This document shows, piece by piece, positions 1 through 10,141 of a stretch of 64,000 bases of DNA; position 1 is the first letter of the stretch, and each line of letters starts with the position of its first letter. The DNA is from an uncultured delta proteobacterium. Lineage in GTDB: Bacteria; Desulfobacterota; Desulfobacteria; Desulfobacterales; JAHEIW01. The notes beneath the pieces are model-generated. The model ran no database searches, was not told where the DNA came from, and was given only the letters and a program-made list of their open reading frames with translations. The translations under genes and the position numbers were made by a program. The stretch covers positions 256,001 to 320,000 of the forward strand of contig CAVPNL010000008.1 in the NCBI GenBank assembly GCA_963706575.1, written 5' to 3'.

Positions 1-31
1 ACCGCGCCCAAGCTTATCAATCAGATTATTT

Positions 32-122
32 ATCCGCAGATTTCGCAGATTTACACAGATTTAAAAAATTATAAAGCAATTCTTGAACATTTATTTCTGT
101 GTAATCTGCGTAATCTGTGGAT
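32..122. repeat. Tandem-array palindrome, ~9-bp unit (CGCAGATTT / AATCTGCG)
   Basis: Left arm atccgcagatttcgcagatttacacagattt (32-62) is the near reverse complement of tttctgtgtaatctgcgtaatctgtggat (94-122); AT-rich spacer. Confidence 0.9.
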
Positions 123-273
123 TATGAATGCAGATTTCACTGCCGGGAGGAAACACAGGAGTTTTCAAAATTGGGAAAAAATATTTATCCTGTGCCCCGT
201 TAAAAGTCAAGAAACGAAAAGAGGCCTTGATTCTCTATGGATGAACTGTTATTAAAACAAGTTTGATTGTTGT

Positions 274-1680
274 ATGGGAATGGAGTGTAACCCTTTGAAA
301 GAAAAAAGTAAAAATACAAAACGATGGATTGCGGGCATCGCCGTTGCCATCCTTTTACTGCCGGTTCTATGGCTCTTGCTGGTTCGGCTGGAAGGTCAAA
401 AACCCGAAATCATTTTTGAGCAGGCATCGCCCTTTATTGGGAAGTCTCATGATTTTTCTATTTCGATAACGGATCAGAATAGCGGGCTGCGCAAAATTTG
501 GGTGGCGATGATCCAAAATGGAAAAGAGGTTATCCTGACCGAGCAAGATTTTCCCTCAGCCGGAATTTTTGGCGGTGGGGAAATTAAATCCAAATCGCTG
601 AACATCCCATTTGAGCCTCAAAAATATCAATTCTCTGACGGAAAGGCCATATTGCGCCTGGCGGTATGGGATTATTCATGGCGCGGGTGGTGGCAGGGAA
701 ATCAGGTCTATGTAGAAAAGAACCTGACCATTGATAGGCAACCACCGGAGATTGAAATGATCAGCACGGTTCACAACCTGACTCAGGGCGGGGCCGGGCT
801 TGTGATCTACCGTACTTCAGAGGATTGTCGCCATACAGGCGTTCAAGTGGGCGACAATTTTTTCCCCGCTCATGCCGGCTATTATAAAGACCCCCGGATT
901 CGACTGGCATTTATCGGGCTCGGCTACCAGCAGGGCCCGGGAACCCAGATTTGGGTCAAAGCCGTCGATGAAGCCCAAAACAGCGCCAAGGCCGGGGTCA
1001 AGCATTATATTCGCAAAAAAGTTTTTAAAAACGATAACATCCGGATTTCGGAGCGGTTTTTGAACTCGAAAGTGCCCGAATTTGAGAACACGATTGCGCT
1101 GGATTCGAGCGGATCGCTGGTGGATAAATTTTTAAAGATCAACCGGGATTTACGCAACGCCAATTATCAGCAAATAAGCGAACTGGCGCAAACAACAGGC
1201 ACCACCAGACGCTGGAAAGGCAAGTTTCTGCGAATGACCGGAGCGGCGAATCAGGCGGGATTTGCCGACCATCGCACCTATAAATACAACGGTAAAATAA
1301 TTGACCGTCAGGTTCATCTGGGGTTGGATCTGGCCTCGGTAACCCATGCGCCGGTACCGGCTGCCAACAGCGGAGTCGTTGCCTTTAGCGGGCCCTTAGG
1401 CATTTATGGGAAAACCGTTCTGATCGATCACGGATTCGGCCTGTTCAGTATGTATGCCCACTTAAATCGCAGCGATGTCAGCAAAGGGCAGGAGGTGTCA
1501 AAAGGCGATATACTGGGCCGTACCGGCAGCACCGGGCTTGCGGGCGGTGACCATTTGCATTTTAGCATTCTGATTCATAACACCTTTGTCAATCCAATCG
1601 AATGGTGGGATGCGGCCTGGATAAAGAACAATATTACATCCAAGATTGACGCGGTGCCGTCGGCCCCGGCTCTCAAATAA
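274..1680 (+). CDS. M23 family metallopeptidase, membrane anchored
   Basis: N-terminal TM helix; C-terminal HLGLDLA (HxxxD), YGKTVLIDHG, YAHL and GDHLHF (HxH) M23 motifs. Confidence 0.9.
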   Translation: MGMECNPLKEKSKNTKRWIAGIAVAILLLPVLWLLLVRLEGQKPEIIFEQASPFIGKSHDFSISITDQNSGLRKIWVAMIQNGKEVILTEQDFPSAGIFGGGEIKSKSLNIPFEPQKYQFSDGKAILRLAVWDYSWRGWWQGNQVYVEKNLTIDRQPPEIEMISTVHNLTQGGAGLVIYRTSEDCRHTGVQVGDNFFPAHAGYYKDPRIRLAFIGLGYQQGPGTQIWVKAVDEAQNSAKAGVKHYIRKKVFKNDNIRISERFLNSKVPEFENTIALDSSGSLVDKFLKINRDLRNANYQQISELAQTTGTTRRWKGKFLRMTGAANQAGFADHRTYKYNGKIIDRQVHLGLDLASVTHAPVPAANSGVVAFSGPLGIYGKTVLIDHGFGLFSMYAHLNRSDVSKGQEVSKGDILGRTGSTGLAGGDHLHFSILIHNTFVNPIEWWDAAWIKNNITSKIDAVPSAPALK

Positions 1681-1689
1681 TTATAAAGC

Positions 1690-1820
1690 GGGTTATTGGG
1701 TATTTTGAACTGGTTATTCGGTATTCGGTATTGGGTATTTGGTATTGGTTTGAATATTGAGAAAAGAATCTGTTTTTAAGACTATAATCTAATACCTAAT
1801 ACCCATTATCTAATACCTAA
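1690..1820. repeat. Tandem-array palindrome, 7-bp unit (GGTATTS / AATACCY)
   Basis: ggttattcggtattcggtattgggtatttggtattgg followed by ctaatacctaatacccattatctaatacct. Confidence 0.85.
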
Positions 1821-1827
1821 ATTAATT

Positions 1828-2415
1828 ATGCCAGAAACTTTTCGCGCCTTTATCGCAATTGATCTGCCCGAAAGCGTCAAGTCCTTTCTGAGCGAGGCTC
1901 AGGAGGCACTCAAGTTGCATAGGTTTCGGGTCAAATGGGTCCGGCCGCAAAACATTCATCTGACGCTTAAATTTTTGGGGGATACGGCGACAGCCGATAC
2001 CGATAAAATCGTTGAGGCGATGACGCTGGCAGCAAAGAACTGTCCAATCGTGGCCCTGACGGCTAAAGGTATCGGGGTTTTCCCGAATGTGAGACGGCCG
2101 CGGGTCATATGGGCGGGACTCAAAGGACAGCTTGAGACGCTGGCAAATTTGCAGCAGACGCTCGACGCTCATTTGGCGGATTTGGGTTTTGCCGGAGATA
2201 CCCGGGCGTTTAAATCCCATTTGACATTGGGGCGCGTTAAAGGAAAAATCGCCTCTGACCGGATGAAAGCTGCGATTGATAAACTAAATGAATTCGAATC
2301 TGAACCGTTTGAAGCCAACCGGGTCATTTTGTTTAAAAGCGAGTTGCGGCCTAGCGGGGCGGTTTATACCAAGGTGCACGGGATTGCCTTCCAGGGGCAA
2401 TCGAAATTATGTTGA
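1828..2415 (+). CDS. thpR: RNA 2',3'-cyclic phosphodiesterase (2H phosphoesterase)
   Basis: RAFIAI start, two HxT motifs (HLTLKFLG, HLTLGR), PRVIWAG; usual position upstream of recA. Confidence 0.93.
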   Translation: MPETFRAFIAIDLPESVKSFLSEAQEALKLHRFRVKWVRPQNIHLTLKFLGDTATADTDKIVEAMTLAAKNCPIVALTAKGIGVFPNVRRPRVIWAGLKGQLETLANLQQTLDAHLADLGFAGDTRAFKSHLTLGRVKGKIASDRMKAAIDKLNEFESEPFEANRVILFKSELRPSGAVYTKVHGIAFQGQSKLC

Positions 2416-2445
2416 CAATTGGCATTAATTTAAGAGGAGGGCTTT

Positions 2446-3492
2446 ATGACTATTTCACCGGATAAGGAAAAAGCATTAGAAACGGCGATGACCCAGGTCG
2501 AGCGTCAGTTTGGTAAAGGTTCCATTATGAAACTGGGAAGCCGTCCGGTAGTCGATGTGCCGGTTATTTCTACCAGTTCGCTTGCCCTTGATAAGGCGCT
2601 GGGAATCGGTGGGTTGCCCCGGGGAAGAGTTATTGAAATATATGGCCCCGAAGCTTCCGGTAAAACCACGCTTGCGCTGCACGCGGTGGCCGAAGCCCAG
2701 AAGAAAGACGGCATAGCCGCCTTTATTGATGCGGAACATGCGCTTGATACCGCTTATGCCAAAAGACTCGGGGTCAATTGTGACGATCTGCTCGTTGCTC
2801 AGCCGGATACCGGCGAACAGGCGCTGGAAATTGCGGATATGCTGGTTAGAAGCGGTGCCATCGACGTCCTGGTGATTGACTCGGTGGCCGCCCTCGTGCC
2901 GCGTGCAGAAATTGAAGGCGAGATGGGTGACTCCCATATGGGCCTTCAAGCCCGGCTGATGTCACAGGCGATGCGCAAGCTGACCGGCACCATCAGCAAA
3001 ACCATGACTTCGATCATTTTTATCAACCAGATCCGGATGAAAATCGGCGTGATGTTCGGAAATCCCGAAACCACTACCGGCGGCAATGCGTTGAAATTTT
3101 ATTCCTCCGTCAGACTCGACATCCGACGAATTGGACAGATCAAAGACGGGCAGGAGGTGGTCGGAAACCGCACCCGGGTTCGGGTGGTTAAAAATAAAAT
3201 GGCACCGCCGTTTACCGAGGCTGAGTTTGACATCATGTACGGGGAAGGCATTTCAAAACACGGGGATTTAATCGATGTGGGCGTTGAAGCCGGCATTATT
3301 GAAAAAAGCGGGTCATGGTATTCCCATGGCGGTGAACGCATCGGGCAGGGGCGGGAGAATGTCAAAAAATTTCTAAAAGACAATCCCGATCTTTACGAAT
3401 CCATGTACCTTAGGGCCAGAGAGTCACTGGGGCTGTCCGGTTCGGCAAAAGCGGAAACCGAGGACGAGGACAAAAAGGAGAAAAAGGTTTGA
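2446..3492 (+). CDS. recA: Recombinase A
   Basis: GPEASGKTT Walker [43 protein letters not shown] signature. Confidence 0.99.
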   Translation: MTISPDKEKALETAMTQVERQFGKGSIMKLGSRPVVDVPVISTSSLALDKALGIGGLPRGRVIEIYGPEASGKTTLALHAVAEAQKKDGIAAFIDAEHALDTAYAKRLGVNCDDLLVAQPDTGEQALEIADMLVRSGAIDVLVIDSVAALVPRAEIEGEMGDSHMGLQARLMSQAMRKLTGTISKTMTSIIFINQIRMKIGVMFGNPETTTGGNALKFYSSVRLDIRRIGQIKDGQEVVGNRTRVRVVKNKMAPPFTEAEFDIMYGEGISKHGDLIDVGVEAGIIEKSGSWYSHGGERIGQGRENVKKFLKDNPDLYESMYLRARESLGLSGSAKAETEDEDKKEKKV

Positions 3493-3505
3493 AGTGGAGA
3501 GACCA

Positions 3506-6133
3506 ATGACCGGCAATGAGATTCGCACCCAATTTTTAAAATATTTTGAAAAACATCACCACCGGATTGTTCGCAGTTCATCACTGGTGCCTCAGGATGA
3601 TCCCACGCTGCTGTTTATCAACGCAGGAATGGTACAGTTTAAACGGGTATTCCTTGGTGAAGACAAAAGGGAATATATAAGGGCAACCACATCCCAGAAA
3701 TGTGTGCGTGCCGGAGGCAAGCACAATGATCTTGAAAATGTCGGTTATACCGCACGACATCATACCTTTTTTGAGATGCTGGGCAACTTTTCCTTTGGAG
3801 ATTATTTTAAAGAGGGTGCCATTGATTTTGCCTGGGATTTGTTAACCAATGGTTATGGGCTGCCGGGAGACAAATTGTACGGTTCCATTTATCTTGATGA
3901 CGATGAAGCTTACGAACTGTGGCGAAAAAACATCGGCCTGCCGGATGACCGCATTGCAAGATTCGGCGAAGAAGACAATTTTTGGTCTATGGGAGATACG
4001 GGTCCCTGCGGTCCCTGTTCGGAAATTCTGATCGACCGTGGTGAACAATATGGATGCGATCGGCCGGATTGTGCGGTGGGTTGCGAGTGCGATCGCTATC
4101 TGGAGATCTGGAACCTGGTGTTTATGCAATTTAATCGGGATGCCTCCGGCAAGATGACACCGCTGCCCAAACCCAGCATCGACACCGGCATGGGGCTCGA
4201 GCGCATCGTTTCGATCATTCAGGACGTACCGACCAATTTTGATACGGACCTCATCCTGCCCATCATCCAAAAGACTGAGGACCTGGCGCAACAGCGCTTC
4301 GGTGAAACCCGCGAAACCGATGTGGCCATGAAAGTCATTGCCGATCACAGCCGGGCGGCTGCGTTTCTGATCGGTGACGGCATTATGCCCGCCAACGAGG
4401 GCCGGGGATACGTGCTGCGCCGCATTTTGCGCCGGGCCATTCGCTACGGGCGCAATATCGGCCTGGACAAGCCGTTTCTGCATAAAACCGCGGGCGTGGT
4501 GTTCGATATCATGAAGCCGGCCTATCCCGAACTTTCCGAGGCCGCTGCCTTTATCACCAATATCATCGAGAACGAAGAGGTGCGATTCCTTGAGACGTTG
4601 GATACGGGTCTGAAACTGTTAAACGATACCCTGTCCGAGATCAAGGCCAAGGGGGAGACCCGGGTGCCCGGCGATGTTATTTTCAAACTCTATGATACCT
4701 TTGGTTTTCCGGTGGATATCGTGCGGGATGTGGTTCGCGATGAAAACATGAGTCTCGACATGGAAGGATTTGACAGCGCCATGGACGCGCAGCGTGCCAG
4801 ATCCCGTTCCGTGGCCACTTTTGCGAGCATCAGCGATGCCTATAAAAAATTGTCGGCCCGGGGATTCAAACCCGAGTTTCGTGGTTACGAGATGCTTGTC
4901 ACCGATTCCAAAGTCAAGCTCATCGTTGAAGGGGAAAAGGAAATTTCTGAGGCTGGCGCGGGCCAATCCATTGAACTGGTGACGGATGAAACACCGTTCT
5001 ATGCGGAGTCCGGCGGCCAGGTCGGTGACTCGGGTAAAATCAGCGCCAAGAATTTTGAAATGGAAGTGTTGGATACGATTAAGGACCCCACCGGGCTTGT
5101 CATCCATAGAGGCAATGTCACGGCCGGGAAAATAAAAAAGGGTCAAAAAGTGACTCTTAGTGTCGATGGGGCCAAACGCAAAGCAACCGAGTTGAATCAT
5201 ACGGCCACGCACATTCTGCATGCCGTTTTGCGCGAGGTTCTCGGAGAGCACGTTAAACAGGCCGGCTCGCTGGTTGCGCCGGATCGATTGCGCTTTGATT
5301 TTACCCACTTTTCACATGTGGACCCGGAGATCCTTGCGAAAATCGAAACCCGTGTCAATCGCCGCATCCGGGAGAACGTTCCGACCGAAACGGAAGAGAT
5401 GGAAGCCGATGCGGCTTTTGAATCAGGGGCCACGGCACTTTTTGAAGAAAAATACGGCGATCGGGTTCGGGTTATTTCTTTATCCGATTTCAGCAAAGAG
5501 CTTTGCGGCGGGACGCATACCGGCAAAACCGGTGATATCGGGCTTTTTATAATTGTCAACGAAGCCAGCATTGCCTCCGGTGTCCGGCGTATCGAAGCGT
5601 TAACCGGCCAAGGCGCACTCGAATATGTACAGAGGAGGTCCAGGCTGCTGGAGGACAGCGCTCATCTGGTCAAAGAAAAACCCGACGCCTTAGCCTCTAA
5701 AATAAAAAAAATGATAGGCGATTTAAAGGCGCTCGAAAAAGAGACCGATCATCTCAAGGCTAAAATGGCCACCGAGTCGGCCGAAGCCGAAGGCAAAGCC
5801 GTTCAAACGATCAACAACATAAAGGTTTTGATCCAAAAAGTAACGGTGGATAATCCTGCTGCGCTGCGAGATCTGGCGGACAGGCTCAAAGAAAAAATTA
5901 AATCCGGTATTGTGGTGCTGGGAAGCGTTAGCGGCGCTAAAGTGTTTTTGATCGTGGGGGTGACCAAAGATCTAACAGATCGCTTTCATGCCGGAAATGT
6001 GGTTAAGCAAATCGCCGAAACTGTTGGCGGCAGCGGTGGGGGGCGGCCGGATATGGCCCAGGCCGGCGGCACGCTGCCTGAAAATCTGGATCAAGCCTTA
6101 AAAAAGGCTTACGAAGTCATCGAAAACATATAA
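3506..6133 (+). CDS. alaS: Alanine--tRNA ligase
   Basis: DPTLLFINAGMVQFK, HHTFFEMLGNFSFGDYFK, editing NHTATH...ELCGGTH, C-terminal GGGGRPDMAQAGG; start moved to ATG 3506 behind ggag. Confidence 0.99.
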   Translation: MTGNEIRTQFLKYFEKHHHRIVRSSSLVPQDDPTLLFINAGMVQFKRVFLGEDKREYIRATTSQKCVRAGGKHNDLENVGYTARHHTFFEMLGNFSFGDYFKEGAIDFAWDLLTNGYGLPGDKLYGSIYLDDDEAYELWRKNIGLPDDRIARFGEEDNFWSMGDTGPCGPCSEILIDRGEQYGCDRPDCAVGCECDRYLEIWNLVFMQFNRDASGKMTPLPKPSIDTGMGLERIVSIIQDVPTNFDTDLILPIIQKTEDLAQQRFGETRETDVAMKVIADHSRAAAFLIGDGIMPANEGRGYVLRRILRRAIRYGRNIGLDKPFLHKTAGVVFDIMKPAYPELSEAAAFITNIIENEEVRFLETLDTGLKLLNDTLSEIKAKGETRVPGDVIFKLYDTFGFPVDIVRDVVRDENMSLDMEGFDSAMDAQRARSRSVATFASISDAYKKLSARGFKPEFRGYEMLVTDSKVKLIVEGEKEISEAGAGQSIELVTDETPFYAESGGQVGDSGKISAKNFEMEVLDTIKDPTGLVIHRGNVTAGKIKKGQKVTLSVDGAKRKATELNHTATHILHAVLREVLGEHVKQAGSLVAPDRLRFDFTHFSHVDPEILAKIETRVNRRIRENVPTETEEMEADAAFESGATALFEEKYGDRVRVISLSDFSKELCGGTHTGKTGDIGLFIIVNEASIASGVRRIEALTGQGALEYVQRRSRLLEDSAHLVKEKPDALASKIKKMIGDLKALEKETDHLKAKMATESAEAEGKAVQTINNIKVLIQKVTVDNPAALRDLADRLKEKIKSGIVVLGSVSGAKVFLIVGVTKDLTDRFHAGNVVKQIAETVGGSGGGRPDMAQAGGTLPENLDQALKKAYEVIENI

Positions 6134-6193
6134 AATTGGAATCCCCGGTTTTATTCGGCGGCTGTGATACCGTCGCTTATTTTTTCATAATTG

Positions 6194-6283
6194 CTCACGC
6201 AAAGCCGCAAAGCCGCTAAGCTCGAAAAGCGTTATAAGTTAAACCCTAAAAATGCTCTTGGCGCCTTTGCGTCTTGGCGTGAG
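6194..6283. repeat. Tandem-array palindrome (CGCAAAGC / CTTTGCG units)
   Basis: ctcacgcaaagccgcaaagccgctaag ... cttggcgcctttgcgtcttggcgtgag between convergent genes. Confidence 0.88.
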
Positions 6284-6318
6284 GCCTAAAGTCTATCCGA
6301 TGTGCTTTTTAATGGGAT

Positions 6319-7599
6319 TTATTGATTGCGGGAGCTGATGGCTATCGTTGATGCATCGATTAAGCCCATCACGTGCTTGACCAGTGCCTGATAGCGCGTG
6401 TCCTGGTGCAATTCCACAAATTGATCCTGACGGTTTTTAACCTCATCCAGCAGCGACACATCTGATTGACGCCCCAATCGACCCCATCCGCGGATTACGG
6501 CAGCCAGATGCGACAGGAGGGGTATCATCTGACCGGGGCTTTCTTTCAGGTGGTAAATTTGTGAAGCCGGGTTGCCGTAGTCATTTAAGGCACTGCGCAT
6601 GACTTCGAAAGCAGTCTTGCCGCCCACGAGTGCTAAAAAGATATGCACCTCCCTTTCCAGCGCCAGCAGAAATCGAATAGGCAAAAGTGGCTCTTCTGAA
6701 AGATGGCAGCCCAATGTTTCAGCAATTTTTTTACGAATGGTATTAATTTTTTGTAGAAAAGGTTTTTGTTGCCCGTCAACTTTCCAGGCGACATAGTTGA
6801 CAACGTTTTCATCCAGACCGCCCTTTACCAGCAAAACTTCCTCAGGCGTCATTTCGATATCCATGATCACTTCTTTGTTGTAATCACGCAGAAACTGGTT
6901 AACCAGCATCATGGCATGCCGGTCCGAATAAGATACGCCTTCAGGGTTCTGGGTAAAATCCGTCAGAAGAACCTTGATTGCCCGGATCGGCTGTTTTATC
7001 TCCCCGACCAGAAGCTGAAGCGAATTTAAAAAGGGCAGGCGGTTGCTGCGCCGCGGCGTTTCTTTCAAGAATTCCCATAAAATTTCAAAAACTTTTTTTT
7101 CATGGCGTGCAAACCCTGGAACATTTTTCTCAAAGGCTGTTCTTAGAAAGTTGCCCCGGCCGTCAAAGCAATTTTGATAAAGCTGGATCATTTCGTGAGC
7201 GTCGCGGACTGAGATTTCAAAATCCGCGGCAATGGCTTCAAAATCCTGATCGCTGAAATTCTTGTCCGGACTGAGCTGAATGTGCTTTTTTTTGCGCGCG
7301 CCGGCCCGGATTTTAGAAACATCAAGAATTTTTATAAGATTTTTATCAACTTTGCCAAGCGGCGGCCCGGCGCCTTCGGGCCAGAATTTCAGCTCCTCAT
7401 CCCAGACGACAAAATCCTTGAGGATTTCACCGGGTACCTGATCCATTCTGGACTGAATTCTGTTTAATACTTCATTCGCTAAATTTTGATCGATAGGGCT
7501 TTTATGCATATGCATTCGCAGATCAGTGATCAGCTTAGGCCGTTTGCTCAGCCCCTGAGGCTTGATGCCGGTGTAATCCTTGCCATAAATGTTTTTCAT
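6319..7599 (-). CDS. Hypothetical protein
   Basis: 426-aa ORF, ATGA-coupled to dapB; no motif recognised. Confidence 0.75.
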   Translation of the reverse strand: MKNIYGKDYTGIKPQGLSKRPKLITDLRMHMHKSPIDQNLANEVLNRIQSRMDQVPGEILKDFVVWDEELKFWPEGAGPPLGKVDKNLIKILDVSKIRAGARKKKHIQLSPDKNFSDQDFEAIAADFEISVRDAHEMIQLYQNCFDGRGNFLRTAFEKNVPGFARHEKKVFEILWEFLKETPRRSNRLPFLNSLQLLVGEIKQPIRAIKVLLTDFTQNPEGVSYSDRHAMMLVNQFLRDYNKEVIMDIEMTPEEVLLVKGGLDENVVNYVAWKVDGQQKPFLQKINTIRKKIAETLGCHLSEEPLLPIRFLLALEREVHIFLALVGGKTAFEVMRSALNDYGNPASQIYHLKESPGQMIPLLSHLAAVIRGWGRLGRQSDVSLLDEVKNRQDQFVELHQDTRYQALVKHVMGLIDASTIAISSRNQ

Positions 7600-8423
7600 T
7601 TTTTCAATACATCGATCATCGTGTAAACATTTCCCTGAGCTCCCTCGCTGACCCTGGCTGCTAAGAACAGCACAGCATCCAGGGTGCCTCGGGCGTAAAC
7701 GTCTCGGCCGTTGACATTGTGAGAAAACTCGAAGCGAACGGTTTTATCGCCGGAAGTCAAGGCATAGGTGTGCCAGCCATGGCCCGCCAGGTATTGTTGC
7801 GGAATGCCCCATTGGTCGGTTTGAATTTTGGGCTCCCGCTCTTTAATAATTTGATCCTCGCTGAAGTCAAGACCCATTTGATTGAAGTATCGAACCATGG
7901 CTTTGGCTGTACCGCTGGTGTCGGCCTTTCCTTTTTGATGGCTTTCTTTTATTTCCAGTGCATAGCCCTTGAAAAGGTCCGGAAAGGTTTGGGCGGCATA
8001 TTCCATCATGGCCTGAAAACCGACAATTTGCTTTGCCATATTTGGCGCAATAACAGCCGAAATGGATGATGCTCGCACGCAAGCTTCAAGATCAGAGCGA
8101 TCGCCGCCGGTGGTGCCCATGACAAACGGCAACTGGTATTTGCAATAAAACGCTGCATTGGCGTTTACCGCCGCAGGATGGGTATAATCAACACTGAGAA
8201 ATTCCCCCTCTTTTTGCTTTAAATCATCAATGGCCTGTTCCCGCTCTTCCGGCTTTAGCAGACGTATGGCGATCGTTTCGATTTTATGCTCGGCTTCCTC
8301 GATTTCCGGGCCGGTCAGCGAAAAGGGCACGAGCGCGAAGCGGCCGTCAGCTGCCATATGCCGGGCGACATTTACGGCCATATTTCCGGGAATCCCATTG
8401 ACCATTACTTTTATGTGGCTCAT
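7596..8423 (-). CDS. dapB: 4-hydroxy-tetrahydrodipicolinate reductase (plant-like type)
   Basis: VMVNGIPGNMA Rossmann start, PFVMGTTGG, ESHQKGKADTSGTA, GHGWHTY. Confidence 0.9.
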   Translation of the reverse strand: MSHIKVMVNGIPGNMAVNVARHMAADGRFALVPFSLTGPEIEEAEHKIETIAIRLLKPEEREQAIDDLKQKEGEFLSVDYTHPAAVNANAAFYCKYQLPFVMGTTGGDRSDLEACVRASSISAVIAPNMAKQIVGFQAMMEYAAQTFPDLFKGYALEIKESHQKGKADTSGTAKAMVRYFNQMGLDFSEDQIIKEREPKIQTDQWGIPQQYLAGHGWHTYALTSGDKTVRFEFSHNVNGRDVYARGTLDAVLFLAARVSEGAQGNVYTMIDVLKK

Positions 8424-10141
8424 TTTTGCCTCCCTAAGGTTTTAATTTGATCATGCGCAATAACCGTATCTGCCAGCACACTGAGCATTGGCAATTTGCC
8501 GTCTTCATGATCCTTAAGGTTGTACTCGAGCGTTCGGACAGCTGCCGGGATATATTTTTCAAAATGCATCTTTCCTTTAACGCGGGTCAAATGCCCAAAA
8601 GCACCCAAAATCTGAAGGTTGCGGGTCAAACAGCAATAGTGATAGCAGCGCTTGAAATTGTCGGCATCCAGTCTCATTTGACCTTGCAGTTTTTCCACCG
8701 CGTATGCCAGCAGCTGAGTCTGGATGTCTTGCGGCAAATCGACATAAGGATCAATCAGCAACGACGCCAGATCGTATTGGATGGGGCCCATGCGAGCCCC
8801 CTGAAAATCGATAAAAAAAATCTGATCTTTTTTAATCATAATATTGCGGGACTGAAAATCCCGATGCATAAGGCCCGGCAGCGCGTGTTTCAAGGCATTT
8901 TCAGCCAGATATTCAAATTCTTTTTTAAAATCCGCATACTTAATTTTTAAGCCCAGATATGTATTTAAGAAAGCATCCACAAAATAGCGGCATTCTTTTT
9001 CCAGAATCAGGCTTTTACCATAACGGGGTGTCTGGTAGCACCATGCGGTATCAAATTGATCGACACCGGATGCGGCAAATTTTGTGAGCAAATGAATCAC
9101 TCGTTGGTATAGGCCGATAACCTTTTCAAAAGGGTCGGTTTGCCGCACCGCCCCCTGCAAGTCAAGATTTCCAAGATCTTCCAGAAACACATAACCGGCA
9201 AAGGTGTCCGCCTCATAGATTTGCGGTACCGGCAAGCCCCTGTCAAAAAGATATCGGCCGATGTTTACAAAGGCATCGGCCTCATCGATCTGATCCGATT
9301 CCTTAATGCCGTGATCAACCAGAATCATTGATTTTTGGCCCATTTTTAAACGATACCATTGCCGGTCCGAGCCATCGCCTTTGAGATGCTCACGGCTGGC
9401 TGCCTGGATACGGTTGTCGGGAAAGGCCCGCTGAAACGTCTGCTGGGTCATGGTTTCAAACACGGTTAACTTATAGCGCTCGGGCGTACCGATATCTTTC
9501 CAATCGGCGTTGTGGGAGATATACGCTTTTATATTTTTCCCTTTTGCGAGCATACGGGCATAGGCATCAATACTGCTCGCCGGCATCTCGGGTGCGATGA
9601 ATTTTAGAATCTCCCGATCCAGCACCTGGATGCCGGTAAAGGTGAGCGCGGATTGCCTGGACCGATCGGGCGTGGTTGCGGGTTGATAAAATTTTGCGAC
9701 AAAACCATCGGCGTCGGTTATTATGCAGTTGAATTCGGGGTCGTCCGCCAGAACGAGGGTTACCGGATGTCCATGCTGAAGGTGAAAATCATAAACCGCT
9801 CTAAAATCGATTGCGGTGACAATGTCGGCGTTAATCACCATAAAGGGGTGATCATTCCAGAAATCTTTCACATTTATGATAGCACCGCCGGTTCCAAGGA
9901 TCTGGGGCTCATATCGGGTTTCTACCGGAATGGCATAGGTTTGTCGGGCGACAAACGCTTCAATTTGCGCATGCAGGTGATGGGTGTTGATCATAATTGA
10001 CTCACAGCCGGCCTCGATCAGTTTGGTGATCGTGATATCCAGCAGGGGCCTGCCGCAAATTGTGAAGAGGGGTTTAGGGGTGTGGTCTGTGTAAGGGCGC
10101 AGCCGTGTGCCCAGGCCTGCTGACAGAATCAATGCTTTCAT
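8420..10141 (-). CDS. Fused sugar-phosphate nucleotidyltransferase (MurU-like) and AmgK-like anomeric kinase
   Basis: N-term KALILSAGLGTRLRPYT..PKPL and LGTGG; C-term GDGSDRQWYR, LEDLG, HRDFQSRNIM, IDFQGA, YDLASLL. Confidence 0.85.
   Translation of the reverse strand: MKALILSAGLGTRLRPYTDHTPKPLFTICGRPLLDITITKLIEAGCESIMINTHHLHAQIEAFVARQTYAIPVETRYEPQILGTGGAIINVKDFWNDHPFMVINADIVTAIDFRAVYDFHLQHGHPVTLVLADDPEFNCIITDADGFVAKFYQPATTPDRSRQSALTFTGIQVLDREILKFIAPEMPASSIDAYARMLAKGKNIKAYISHNADWKDIGTPERYKLTVFETMTQQTFQRAFPDNRIQAASREHLKGDGSDRQWYRLKMGQKSMILVDHGIKESDQIDEADAFVNIGRYLFDRGLPVPQIYEADTFAGYVFLEDLGNLDLQGAVRQTDPFEKVIGLYQRVIHLLTKFAASGVDQFDTAWCYQTPRYGKSLILEKECRYFVDAFLNTYLGLKIKYADFKKEFEYLAENALKHALPGLMHRDFQSRNIMIKKDQIFFIDFQGARMGPIQYDLASLLIDPYVDLPQDIQTQLLAYAVEKLQGQMRLDADNFKRCYHYCCLTRNLQILGAFGHLTRVKGKMHFEKYIPAAVRTLEYNLKDHEDGKLPMLSVLADTVIAHDQIKTLGRQK

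Noticed and set aside
2400..2445. LexA box upstream of recA
   Set aside because: No recognisable SOS-box motif seen here or upstream of thpR
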